NCBI GenBank assembly: GCA_964057225.1
Contig: CAXKVF010000098.1
Coordinates: forward strand, 1-64,000
Source: Auanema rhodensis
Taxonomy: Eukaryota > Animalia > Nematoda
Reading direction: 5' to 3'
Length of the DNA stretch: 64,000 bases
Within the stretch, counting starts at the first letter, position 1; every line of letters begins with the position of its first letter. Position numbers and translations under genes: made by a program. This document shows, one piece after another, positions 1 to 12,144 of the stretch. Under the pieces are notes generated by a model. The model saw only the letters and a list, made by a program, of their open reading frames with translations. It was not told the DNA's origin and made no database searches.

Positions 1-22
1 GAAGTTCACGTAAATTTCAAAG

Positions 23-37
23 TCATGGTTACCATGA
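23..37. other. Dyad TCATGGT-T-ACCATGA (7-1-7; contains GGTNACC/BstEII site), present in nearly every monomer
   Basis: The reverse complement of TCATGGT is ACCATGA. The dyad is perfect in A37 monomers and shortened to 6-1-6 in C37 monomers. Confidence 0.93.
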
Positions 38-115
38 ACCAATATCAATAAAAATTTGTTTTTAGACTAATATGGACATGGGGAATCTAATTTTGAAAAC
101 CGCATCTCTTTATCC

Positions 116-125
116 TTCACGTGAA
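116..125. other. Perfect palindrome TTCACGTGAA (E-box/G-box core CACGTG), in nearly every monomer
   Basis: Read directly. It is broken only in rare monomers (e.g. ~17365, 18949, 58729, 60841, 62245). Confidence 0.93.
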
Positions 126-138
126 GCGAGTTACATAC

Positions 139-160
139 CAAGTGCACATCACGTGTACAT
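139..160 (+). repeat. Internal 11-bp direct sub-repeat CAAGTGCACAT/CACGTGTACAT with nested palindromes GTGCAC, CACGTG, TGTACA
   Basis: Positions 139-149 and 150-160 match at 9 of 11 bases. A degenerate third copy, CGAGT-TACAT, lies at 127-136. Confidence 0.85.
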
Positions 161-3100
161 TTAATTAGCATAAACTAAAGTTCACGTAAATTTCAAAGTC
201 ATGGTTACCATGCACCAATATCAATAAAAATTCGTTTTTAGACTAATATGGACATGGGGAATCTAATTTTGAAAACCGCATCTCTTTATCTTTCACGTGA
301 AGCGAGTTACATACCAAGTGCACATCACGTGTACATTTAATTAGCATAAATTAAAGTTCACGTAAATTTCAAAGTCATGGTTACCATGAACCAATATCAA
401 TAAAAATTTGTTTTTAGACTAATATGGACATGGGGAATCTAATTTTGAAAACCGCATCTCTTTATCTTTCACGTGAAGCGAGTTACATACCAAGTGCACA
501 TCACGTGTACATTTAATTAGCATAAATTAAAGTTCACGTAAATTTCAAAGTCATGGTTACCATGAACCAATATCAATAAAAATTTGTTTTTAGACTAATA
601 TGGACATGGGGAATCTAATTTTGAAAACCGCATCTCTTTATCTTTCACGTGAAGCGAGTTACATACCGAGTGCACATCACGTGTACATTTAATTAGCATA
701 AATTAAAGTTCACGTAAATTTCAAAGTCATGGTTACCATGCACCAATATCAATAAAAATTTGTTTTTAGACTAATATGGACATGAGGAATCTAATTTTGA
801 AAACGGCATCTCTTTATCTTTCACGTGAAGCGAGTTACATACCAAGTGCACATCACGTGTACATTTAATTAGCATAAATTAAAGTTCACGTAAATTTCAA
901 AGTCATGGTTACCATGCACCAATATCAATAAAAATTTGTTTTTAGACTAATATGGACATGAGGAATCTAATTTTGAAAACGGCATCTCTTTATCTTTCAC
1001 GTGAAGCGAGTTACATACCAAGTGCACATCACGTGTACATTTAATTAGCATAAATTAAAGTTCACGTAAATTTCAAAGTCATGGTTACCATGAACCAATA
1101 TCAATAAAAATTTTTTTTTAGACTAATATGGACATGGGGAATCTAATTTTGGAAACCGCATCTCTTTATCTTTCACGTGAAGCGAGTTACATACCAAGTG
1201 CACATCACGTGTACATTTAATTAGCATAAATTAAAGTTCACGTAAATTTCAAAGTCATGGTTACCATGAACCAATATCAATAAAAATTTGTTTTTAGACT
1301 AATATGGACATGGGGAATCTAATTTTGAAAACCGCATCTCTTTATCTTTCACGTGAAGCGAGTTACATACCAAGTGCACATCACGTGTACATTTAATTAG
1401 CATAAATTAAAGTTCACGTAAATTTCAAAGTCATGGTTACCATGCACCAATATCAATAAAAATTTGTTTTTAGACTAATATGGACATGGGAAATTTAATT
1501 TTGAAAACCGCATCTCTTTATCTTTCACGTGAAGCGAGTTACATACCAAGTGCACATCACGTGTACATTTAATTAGCATAAATTAAAGTTCACGTAAATT
1601 TCAAAGTCATGGTTACCATGAACCAATATCAATAAAAATTTGTTTTTAGACTAATATGGACATGGGGAATCTAATTTTGAAAACCGCATCTCTTTATCTT
1701 TCACGTGAAGCGAATTACATACCAAGTGCACATCACGTGTACATTTAATTAGCATAAATTAAAGTTCACGTAAATTTCAAAGTCATGGTTACCATGCACC
1801 AATATCAATAGAAATTTGTTTTTAGACTAATATGGACATGGGGAATCTAATTTTGAAAACCGCATCTCTTTATCTTTCACGTGAAGCGAGTTACATACCA
1901 AGTGCACATCACGTGTACATTTAATTAGCATAAATTAAAGTTCACGTAAATTTCAAAGTCATGGTTACCATGAACCAATATCAATAAAAATTTGTTTTTA
2001 GACTAATATGGACATAGGGAATCTAATTTTGAAAACCGCATCTCTTCATCTTTCACGTGAAGCGAGTTACATACCAAGTGCACATCACGTGTACATTTAA
2101 TTAGCATAAATTGAAGTTCACGTAAATTTCAAAGTCATGGTTACCATGAACCAATATCAATAAAAATTTGTTTTTAGACTAATATGGACATGGGGAATCT
2201 AATTTTGAAAACCGCATCTCTTTATCTTTCACGTGAAGCGAGTTACATACCAAGTGCACATCACGTGTACATTTAATTAGCATAAATTAAAGTTCACGTA
2301 AATTTCAAAGTCATGGTTACCATGCACCAATATCAATAAAAATTTGTTTTTAGACTAATATGGACATGGGGAATCTAATTTTGAAAACCGCATCTCTTTA
2401 TCTTTCACGTGAAACGAGTTACATACCAAGTGCACATCACGTGTACATTTAATTAGCATAAATTAAAGTTCACGTAAATTTCAAAGTCATGGTTACCATG
2501 AACCAATATCAATAAAAATTAGTTTTTAGACTAATATGGACATAGGGAATCTAATTTTGAAAACCGCATCTCTTCATCTTTCACGTGAAGCGAGTTACAT
2601 ACCAAGTGCACATCACGTGTACATTTAATTAGCATAAATTGAAGTTCACGTAAATTTCAAAGTCATGGTTACCATGAACCAATATCAATAAAAATTTGTT
2701 TTTAGACTAATATGGACATGGGGAATCTAATTTTGAAAACCGCATCTCTTTATCTTTCACGTGAAGCGAGTTACATACCAAGTGCACATCACGTGTACAT
2801 TTAATTAGCATAAATTAAAGTTCACGTAAATTTCAAAGTCATGGTTACCATGCACCAATATCAATAAAAATTTGTTTTTAGACTAATATGGACATGGGGA
2901 ATCTAATTTTGAAAACCGCATCTCTTTATCTTTCACGTGAAGCGATTTACATACCAAGTGCACATCACGTGTACATTTAATTAGCATAAATTAAAGTTCA
3001 CGTAAATTTCAAAGTCATGGTTACCATGAACCAATATCAATAAAAATTTGTTTTTAGACTAATATGGACATGGGGAATCTAATTTTGAAAACCGCATCTC

Positions 3101-6100
3101 TTTATCTTTCACGTGAAGCGAGTTACATACCAAGTGCACATCACGTGTACATTTAATTAGCATAAATTAAAGTTCACGTAAATTTCAAAGTCATGGTTAC
3201 CATGAACCAATATCAATAAAAATTTGTTTTTAGACTAATATGGACATGGGGAATCTAATTTTGAAAACCGCATCTCTTTATCTTTCACGTGAAGCGAGTT
3301 ACATACCAAGTGCACATCACGTGTACATTTAATTAGCATAAATTAAAGTTCACGTAAATTTCAAAGTCATGGTTACCATGAACCAATATCAATAAAAATT
3401 TGTTTTTAGACTAATATGGACATGGGGAATCTAATTTTGAAAACCGCATCTCTTTATCTTTCACGTGAAGCGAGTTACATACCAAGTGCACATCACGTGT
3501 ACATTTAATTAGCATAAATTAAAGTTCACGTAAATTTCAAAGTCATGGTTACCATGCACCAATATCAATAAAAATTTGTTTTTAGACTAATATGGACATG
3601 GGAAATTTAATTTTGAAAACCGCATCTCTTTATCTTTCACGTGAAGCGAGTTACATACCAAGTGCACATCACGTGTACATTTAATTAGCATAAATTAAAG
3701 TTCACGTAAATTTCAAAGTCATGGTTACCATGCACCAATATCAATAAAAATTTGTTTTTAGACTAATATGGACATGGGAAATTTAATTTTGAAAACCGCA
3801 TCTCTTTATCTTTCACGTGAAGCGAGTTACATACCAAGTGCACATCACGTGTACATTTAATTAGCATAAATTAAAGTTCACGTAAATTTCAAAGTCATGG
3901 TTACCATGCACCAATATCAATAAAAATTTGTTTTTAGACTAATATGGACATGGGGAATCTAATTTTGAAAACCGCATCTCTTTATCTTTCACGTGAAGCG
4001 AGTTACATACCAAGTGCACATCACGTGTACATTTAATTAGCATAAATTGAAGTTCACGTAAATTTCAAAGTCATGGTTACCATGCACCAATATCAATAAA
4101 AATTTGTTTTTAGACTAATATGGACATGGGGAATCTAATTTTGAAAACCGCATCTCTTTATCTTTCACGTGAAGCTAGTTACATACCAAGTGCACATCAC
4201 GTGTACATTTAATTAGCATAAATTAAAATTCACGTAAATTTCAAAGTCATGGTTACCATGCACCAATATCAATAAAAATTTGTTTTTAGACTAATATGGA
4301 CATGGGGAATCTAATTTTGGAAACCGCATCTCTTCATCTTTCACGTGAAGCGAGTTACATACCAAGTGCACATCACGTGTACATTTAATTAGCATAAATT
4401 AAAATTCACGTAAATTTCAAAGTCATGGTTACCATGCACCAATATCAATAAAAATTTGTTTTTAGACTAATATGGACATGGGGAATCTAATTTTGGAAAC
4501 CGCATCTCTTTATCTTTCACGTGAAGCTAGTTACATACCAAGTGCACATCACGTGTACATTTAATTAGCATAAATTAAAATTCACGTAAATTTCAAAGTC
4601 ATGGTTACCATGCACCAATATCAATAAAAATTTGTTTTTAGACTAATATGGACATGGGGAATCTAATTTTGGAAACCGCATCTCTTTATCTTTCACGTGA
4701 AGCGAGTTACATACCAAGTGCACATCACGTGTACATTTAATTAGCATAAATTAAAGTTCACGTAAATTTCAAAGTCATGGTTACCATGAACCAATATCAA
4801 TAAAAATTTGTTTTTAGACTAATATGGACATGGGGAATCTAATTTTGAAAACCGCATCTCTTTATCTTTCACGTGAAGCGAGTTACATACCAAGTGCACA
4901 TCACGTGTACATTTAATTAGCATAAATTAAAGTTCACGTAAATTTCAAAGTCATGGTTACCATGCACCAATATCAATAAAAATTTGTTTTTAGACTAATA
5001 TGGACATGGGAAATTTAATTTTGAAAACCGCATCTTTTTATCTTTCACGTGAAGCGAGTTACATACCAAGTGCACATCACGTGTACATTTAATTAGCATA
5101 AATTAAAGTTCACGTAAATTTCAAAGTCATGGTTACCATGCACCAATATCAATAAAAATTTGTTTTTAGACTAATATGGACATGGGGAATCTAATTTTGA
5201 AAACCGCATCTCTTTATCTTTCACGTGAAGCGAGTTACATACCAAGTGCACATCACGTGTACATTTAATTAGCATAAATTAAAGTTCACGTAAATTTCAA
5301 AGTCATGGTTACCATGAACCAATATCAATAAAAATTTGTTTTTAGACTAATATGGACATAGGGAATCTAATTTTGAAAACCGCATCTCTTCATCTTTCAC
5401 GTGAAGCGAGTTACATACCAAGTGCACATCACGTGTACATTTAATTAGCATAAATTGAAGTTCACGTAAATTTCAAAGTCATGGTTACCATGAACCAATA
5501 TCAATAAAAATTTGTTTTTAGACTAATATGGACATGGGGAATCTAATTTTGAAAACCGCATCTCTTTATCTTTCACGTGAAGCGAGTTACATACCAAGTG
5601 CACATCACGTGTACATTTAATTAGCATAAACTAAAGTTCACGTAAATTTCAAAGTCATGGTTACCATGCACCAATATCAATAAAAATTCGTTTTTAGACT
5701 AATATGGACATGGGGAATCTAATTTTGAAAACCGCATCTCTTTATCTTTCACGTGAAGCTAGTTACATACCAAGTGCACATCACGTGTACATTTAATTAG
5801 CATAAATTAAAATTCACGTAAATTTCAAAGTCATGGTTACCATGCACCAATATCAATAAAAATTTGTTTTTAGACTAATATGGACATGGGGAATCTAATT
5901 TTGGAAACCGCATCTCTTTATCTTTCACGTGAAGCGAGTTACATACCAAGTGCACATCACGTGTACATTTAATTAGCATAAATTAAAGTTCACGTAAATT
6001 TCAAAGTCATGGTTACCATGCACCAATATCAATAAAAATTTGTTTTTAGACTAATATGGACATGAGGAATCTAATTTTGAAAACGGCATCTCTTTATCTT

Positions 6101-9100
6101 TCACGTGAAGCGAGTTACATACCAAGTGCACATCACGTGTACATTTAATTAGCATAAATTAAAGTTCACGTAAATTTCAAAGTCATGGTTACCATGCACC
6201 AATATCAATAAAAATTTGTTTTTAGACTAATATGGACATGAGGAATCTAATTTTGAAAACGGCATCTCTTTATCTTTCACGTGAAGCGAGTTACATACCA
6301 AGTGCACATCACGTGTACATTTAATTAGCATAAATTAAAGTTCACGTAAATTTCAAAGTCATGGTTACCATGCACCAATATCAATAAAAATTTGTTTTTA
6401 GACTAATATGGACATGAGGAATCTAATTTTGAAAACGGCATCTCTTTATCTTTCACGTGAAGCGAGTTACATACCAAGTGCACATCACGTGTACATTTAA
6501 TTAGCATAAATTAAAGTTCACGTAAATTTCAAAGTCATGGTTACCATGAACCAATATCAATAAAAAATTTTTTTTAGACTAATATGGACATGGGGAATCT
6601 AATTTTGGAAACCGCATCTCTTTATCTTTCACGTGAAGCGAGTTACATACCAAGTGCACATCACGTGTACATTTAATTAGCATAAATTAAAGTTCACGTA
6701 AATTTCAAAGTCATGGTTACCATGAACCAATATCAATAAAAATTTGTTTTTAGACTAATATGGACATGGGGAATCTAATTTTGAAAACCGCATCTCTTTA
6801 TCTTTCACGTGAAGCGAGTTACATACCAAGTGCACATCACGTGTACATTTAATTAGCATAAATTAAAGTTCACGTAAATTTCAAAGTCATGGTTACCATG
6901 CACCAATATCAATAAAAATTTGTTTTTAGACTAATATGGACATGGGAAATTTAATTTTGAAAACCGCATCTCTTTATCTTTCACGTGAAGCGAGTTACAT
7001 ACCAAGTGCACATCACGTGTACATTTAATTAGCATAAATTAAAGTTCACGTAAATTTCAAAGTCATGGTTACCATGCACCAATATCAATAAAAATTTGTT
7101 TTTAGACTAATATGGACATGGGGAATCTAATTTTGAAAACCGCATCTCTTTATCTTTCACGTGAAGCGAGTTACAAACCAAGTGCACATCACGTGTACAT
7201 TTAATTAGCATAAATTAAAGTTCACGTAAATTTCAAAGTCATGGTTACCATGAACCAATATCAATAAAAATTTGTTTTTAGACTAATATGGACATGGGGA
7301 ATCTAATTTTGAAAACCGCATCTCTTTATCTTTCACGTGAAGCGAATTACATACCAAGTGCACATCACGTGTACATTTAATTAGCATAAATTAAAGTTCA
7401 CGTAAATTTCAAAGTCATGGTTACCATGCACCAATATCAATAAAAATTTTTTTTTAGACTAATATGGACATGGGAAATTTAATTTTGAAAACCGCATCTT
7501 TTTATCTTTCACGTGAAGCGAGTTACATACCAAGTGCACATCACGTGTACATTTAATTAGCATAAATTAAAGTTCACGTAAATTTCAAAGTCATGGTTAC
7601 CATGCACCAATATCAATAGAAATTTGTTTTTAGACTAATATGGACATGGGGAATCTAATTTTGAAAACCGCATCTCTTTATCTTTCACGTGAAGCGAGTT
7701 ACATACCAAGTGCACATCACGTGTACATTTAATTAGCATAAATTAAAGTTCACGTAAATTTCAAAGTCATGGTTACCATGAACCAATATCAATAAAAATT
7801 TGTTTTTAGACTAATATGGACATAGGGAATCTAATTTTGAAAACCGCATCTCTTCATCTTTCACGTGAAGCGAGTTACATACCAAGTGCACATCACGTGT
7901 ACATTTAATTAGCATAAATTGAAGTTCACGTAAATTTCAAAGTCATGGTTACCATGAACCAATATCAATAAAAATTTGTTTTTAGACTAATATGGACATG
8001 GGGAATCTAATTTTGAAAACCGCATCTCTTTATCTTTCACGTGAAGCGAGTTACATACCAAGTGCACATCACGTGTACATTTAATTAGCATAAATTAAAG
8101 TTCACGTAAATTTCAAAGTCATGGTTACCATGCACCAATATCAATAAAAATTTGTTTTTAGACTAATATGGACATGGGGAATCTAATTTTGAAAACCGCA
8201 TCTCTTTATCTTTCACGTGAAGCGAGTTACATACCAAGTGCACATCACGTGTACATTTAATTAGCATAAATTAAAGTTCACGTAAATTTCAAAGTCATGG
8301 TTACCATGAACCAATATCAATAAAAATTTGTTTTTAGACTAATATGGACATGGGGAATCTAATTTTGAAAACCGCATCTCTTCATCTTTCACGTGAAGCG
8401 AGTTACATACCAAGTGCACATCACGTGTACATTTAATTAGCATAAATTGAAGTTCACGTAAATTTCAAAGTCATGGTTACCATGAACCAATATCAGTAAA
8501 AATTTGTTTTTAGACTAATATGGACATGGGGAATCTAATTTTGAAAACCGCATCTCTTTATCTTTCACGTGAAGCGAGTTACATACCAAGTGCACATCAC
8601 GTGTACATTTAATTAGCATAAATTAAAGTTCACGTAAATTTCAAAGTCATGGTTACCATGCACCAATATCAATAAAAATTTGTTTTTAGACTAATATGGA
8701 CATGGGGAATCTAATTTTGAAAACCGCATCTCTTTATCTTTCACGTGAAGCGAGTTACATACCAAGTGCACATCACGTGTACATTTAATTAGCATAAATT
8801 AAAGTTCACGTAAATTTCAAAGTCATGGTTACCATGAACCAATATCAATAAAAATTTGTTTTTAGACTAATATGGACATGGGGAATCTAATTTTGAAAAC
8901 CGCATCTCTTTATCTTTCACGTGAAGCGAGTTACATACCAAGTGCACATCACGTGTACATTTAATTAGCATAAATTAAAGTTCACGTAAATTTCAAAGTC
9001 ATGGTTACCATGAACCAATATCAATAAAAATTTGTTTTTAGACTAATATGGACATGGGGAATCTAATTTTGAAAACCGCATCTCTTTATCTTTCACGTGA

Positions 9101-12100
9101 AGCGAGTTACATACCAAGTGCACATCACGTGTACATTTAATTAGCATAAATTAAAGTTCACGTAAATTTCAAAGTCATGGTTACCATGAACCAATATCAA
9201 TAAAAATTTGTTTTTAGACTAATATGGACATGGGGAATCTAATTTTGAAAACCGCATCTCTTTATCTTTCACGTGAAGCGAGTTACATACCAAGTGCACA
9301 TCACGTGTACATTTAATTAGCATAAATTAAAGTTCACGTAAATTTCAAAGTCATGGTTACCATGCACCAATATCAATAAAAATTTGTTTTTAGACTAATA
9401 TGGACATGGGAAATTTAATTTTGAAAACCGCATCTCTTTATCTTTCACGTGAAGCGAGTTACATACCAAGTGCACATCACGTGTACATTTAATTAGCATA
9501 AATTAAAGTTCACGTAAATTTCAAAGTCATGGTTACCATGCACCAATATCAATAAAAATTTGTTTTTAGACTAATATGGACATGGGAAATTTAATTTTGA
9601 AAACCGCATCTCTTTATCTTTCACGTGAAGCGAGTTACATACCAAGTGCACATCACGTGTACATTTAATTAGCATAAATTAAAGTTCACGTAAATTTCAA
9701 AGTCATGGTTACCATGCACCAATATCAATAAAAATTTGTTTTTAGACTAATATGGACATGGGGAATCTAATTTTGAAAACCGCATCTCTTTATCTTTCAC
9801 GTGAAGCGAGTTACATACCAAGTGCACATCACGTGTACATTTAATTAGCATAAATTGAAGTTCACGTAAATTTCAAAGTCATGGTTACCATGCACCAATA
9901 TCAATAAAAATTTGTTTTTAGACTAATATGGACATGGGGAATCTAATTTTGAAAACCGCATCTCTTTATCTTTCACGTGAAGCTAGTTACATACCAAGTG
10001 CACATCACGTGTACATTTAATTAGCATAAATTAAAATTCACGTAAATTTCAAAGTAATGGTTACCATGCACCAATATCAATAAAAATTTGTTTTTAGACT
10101 AATATGGACATGGGGAATCTAATTTTGGAAACCGCATCTCTTTATCTTTCACGTGAAGCGAGTTACATACCAAGTGCACATCACGTGTACATTTAATTAG
10201 CATAAATTAAAGTTCACGTAAATTTCAAAGTCATGGTTACCATGAACCAATATCAATAAAAATTTGTTTTTAGACTAATATGGACATGGGGAATCTAATT
10301 TTGAAAACCGCATCTCTTTATCTTTCACGTGAAGCGAGTTACATACCAAGTGCACATCACGTGTACATTTAATTAGCATAAATTAAAGTTCACGTAAATT
10401 TCAAAGTCATGGTTACCATGCACCAATATCAATAAAAATTTGTTTTTAGACTAATATGGACATAGGGAATCTAATTTTGAAAACCGCATCTCTTCATCTT
10501 TCACGTGAAGCGAGTTACATACCAAGTGCACATCACGTGTACATTTAATTAGCATAAATTGAAGTTCACGTAAATTTCAAAGTCATGGTTACCATGAACC
10601 AATATCAATAAAAATTTGTTTTTAGACTAATATGGACATGGGGAATCTAATTTTGAAAACCGCATCTCTTTATCTTTCACGTGAAGCGAGTTACATACCA
10701 AGTGCACATCACGTGTACATTTAATTAGCATAAATTAAAGTTCACGTAAATTTCAAAGTCATGGTTACCATGCACCAATATCAATAAAAATTTGTTTTTA
10801 GACTAATATGGACATAGGGAATCTAATTTTGAAAACCGCATCTCTTTATCTTTCACGTGAAGCGAGTTACATACCAAGTGCACATCACGTGTACATTTAA
10901 TTAGCATAAACTAAAGTTCACGTAAATTTCAAAGTCATGGTTACCATGCACCAATATCAATAAAAATTCGTTTTTAGACTAATATGGACATGGGGAATCT
11001 AATTTTGAAAACCGCATCTCTTTATCTTTCACGTGAAGCGAGTTACATACCAAGTGCACATCACGTGTACATTTAATTAGCATAAATTAAAGTTCACGTA
11101 AATTTCAAAGTCATGGTTACCATGAACCAATATCAATAAAAATTTGTTTTTAGACTAATATGGACATGGGGAATCTAATTTTGAAAACCGCATCTCTTTA
11201 TCTTTCACGTGAAGCGAGTTACATACCAAGTGCACATCACGTGTACATTTAATTAGCATAAATTAAAGTTCACGTAAATTTCAAAGTCATGGTTACCATG
11301 CACCAATATCAATAAAAATTTGTTTTTAGACTAATATGGACATGAGGAATCTAATTTTGAAAACGGCATCTCTTTATCTTTCACGTGAAGCGAGTTACAT
11401 ACCAAGTGCACATCACGTGTACATTTAATTAGCATAAATTAAAGTTCACGTAAATTTCAAAGTCATGGTTACCATGCACCAATATCAATAAAAATTTGTT
11501 TTTAGACTAATATGGACATGGGAAATTTAATTTTGAAAACCGCATCTCTTTATCTTTCACGTGAAGCGAGTTACATACCAAGTGCACATCACGTGTACAT
11601 TTAATTAGCATAAATTAAAGTTCACGTAAATTTCAAAGTCATGGTTACCATGCACCAATATCAATAAAAATTTGTTTTTAGACTAATATGGACATGGGGA
11701 ATCTAATTTTGAAAACCGCATCTCTTTATCTTTCACGTGAAGCGAGTTACATACCAAGTGCACATCACGTGTACATTTAATTAGCATAAATTGAAGTTCA
11801 CGTAAATTTCAAAGTCATGGTTACCATGCACCAATATCAATAAAAATTTGTTTTTAGACTAATATGGACATGGGGAATCTAATTTTGAAAACCGCATCTC
11901 TTTATCTTTCACGTGAAGCGAGTTACATACCAAGTGCACATCACGTGTACATTTAATTAGCATAAATTAAAGTTCACGTAAATTTCAAAGTCATGGTTAC
12001 CATGAACCAATATCAATAAAAATTTGTTTTTAGACTAATATGGACATGGGGAATCTAATTTTGAAAACCGCATCTCTTTATCTTTCACGTGAAGCGAGTT

Positions 12101-12144
12101 ACATACCAAGTGCACATCACGTGTACATTTAATTAGCATAAATT

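Larger units (their letters stand above)
1..176 (+). repeat. Reference monomer (176 bp), arbitrary phase
   Basis: First full unit. It differs from the consensus at position 1 (G), 115 (C) and 175 (C). Confidence 0.97.

Noticed and set aside
38-53. CCAAT box and AATAAA polyadenylation signal in each monomer
   Set aside because: Such short motifs are expected by chance in AT-rich DNA, there is no gene context, and CCAAT is lost in the common AAG allele.
1-176. Tandem 5S rRNA, tRNA, snRNA or spliced-leader gene array
   Set aside because: I recognised no structural RNA sequence or Pol III A/B/C boxes, and the unit is only ~32% GC.
1-176. CENP-B box / primate alpha satellite
   Set aside because: There is no TTCG-N4-A-N2-CGGG motif on either strand, and the unit is 176 bp rather than 171 bp.
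1-176. Identity with known 176-bp satellites (Brassica CentBr, honeybee AluI family)
   Set aside because: Only the length matches. The consensus has no AAGCTT, AGCT appears only in rare variants (e.g. ~4173), and I recognise no sequence similarity. BLAST is needed to exclude these formally.
1-528. Repetitive protein-coding ORF
   Set aside because: 176 is not a multiple of 3, so any frame cycles through all three frames. TAA/TAG/TGA are frequent on both strands, so only very short ORFs exist.
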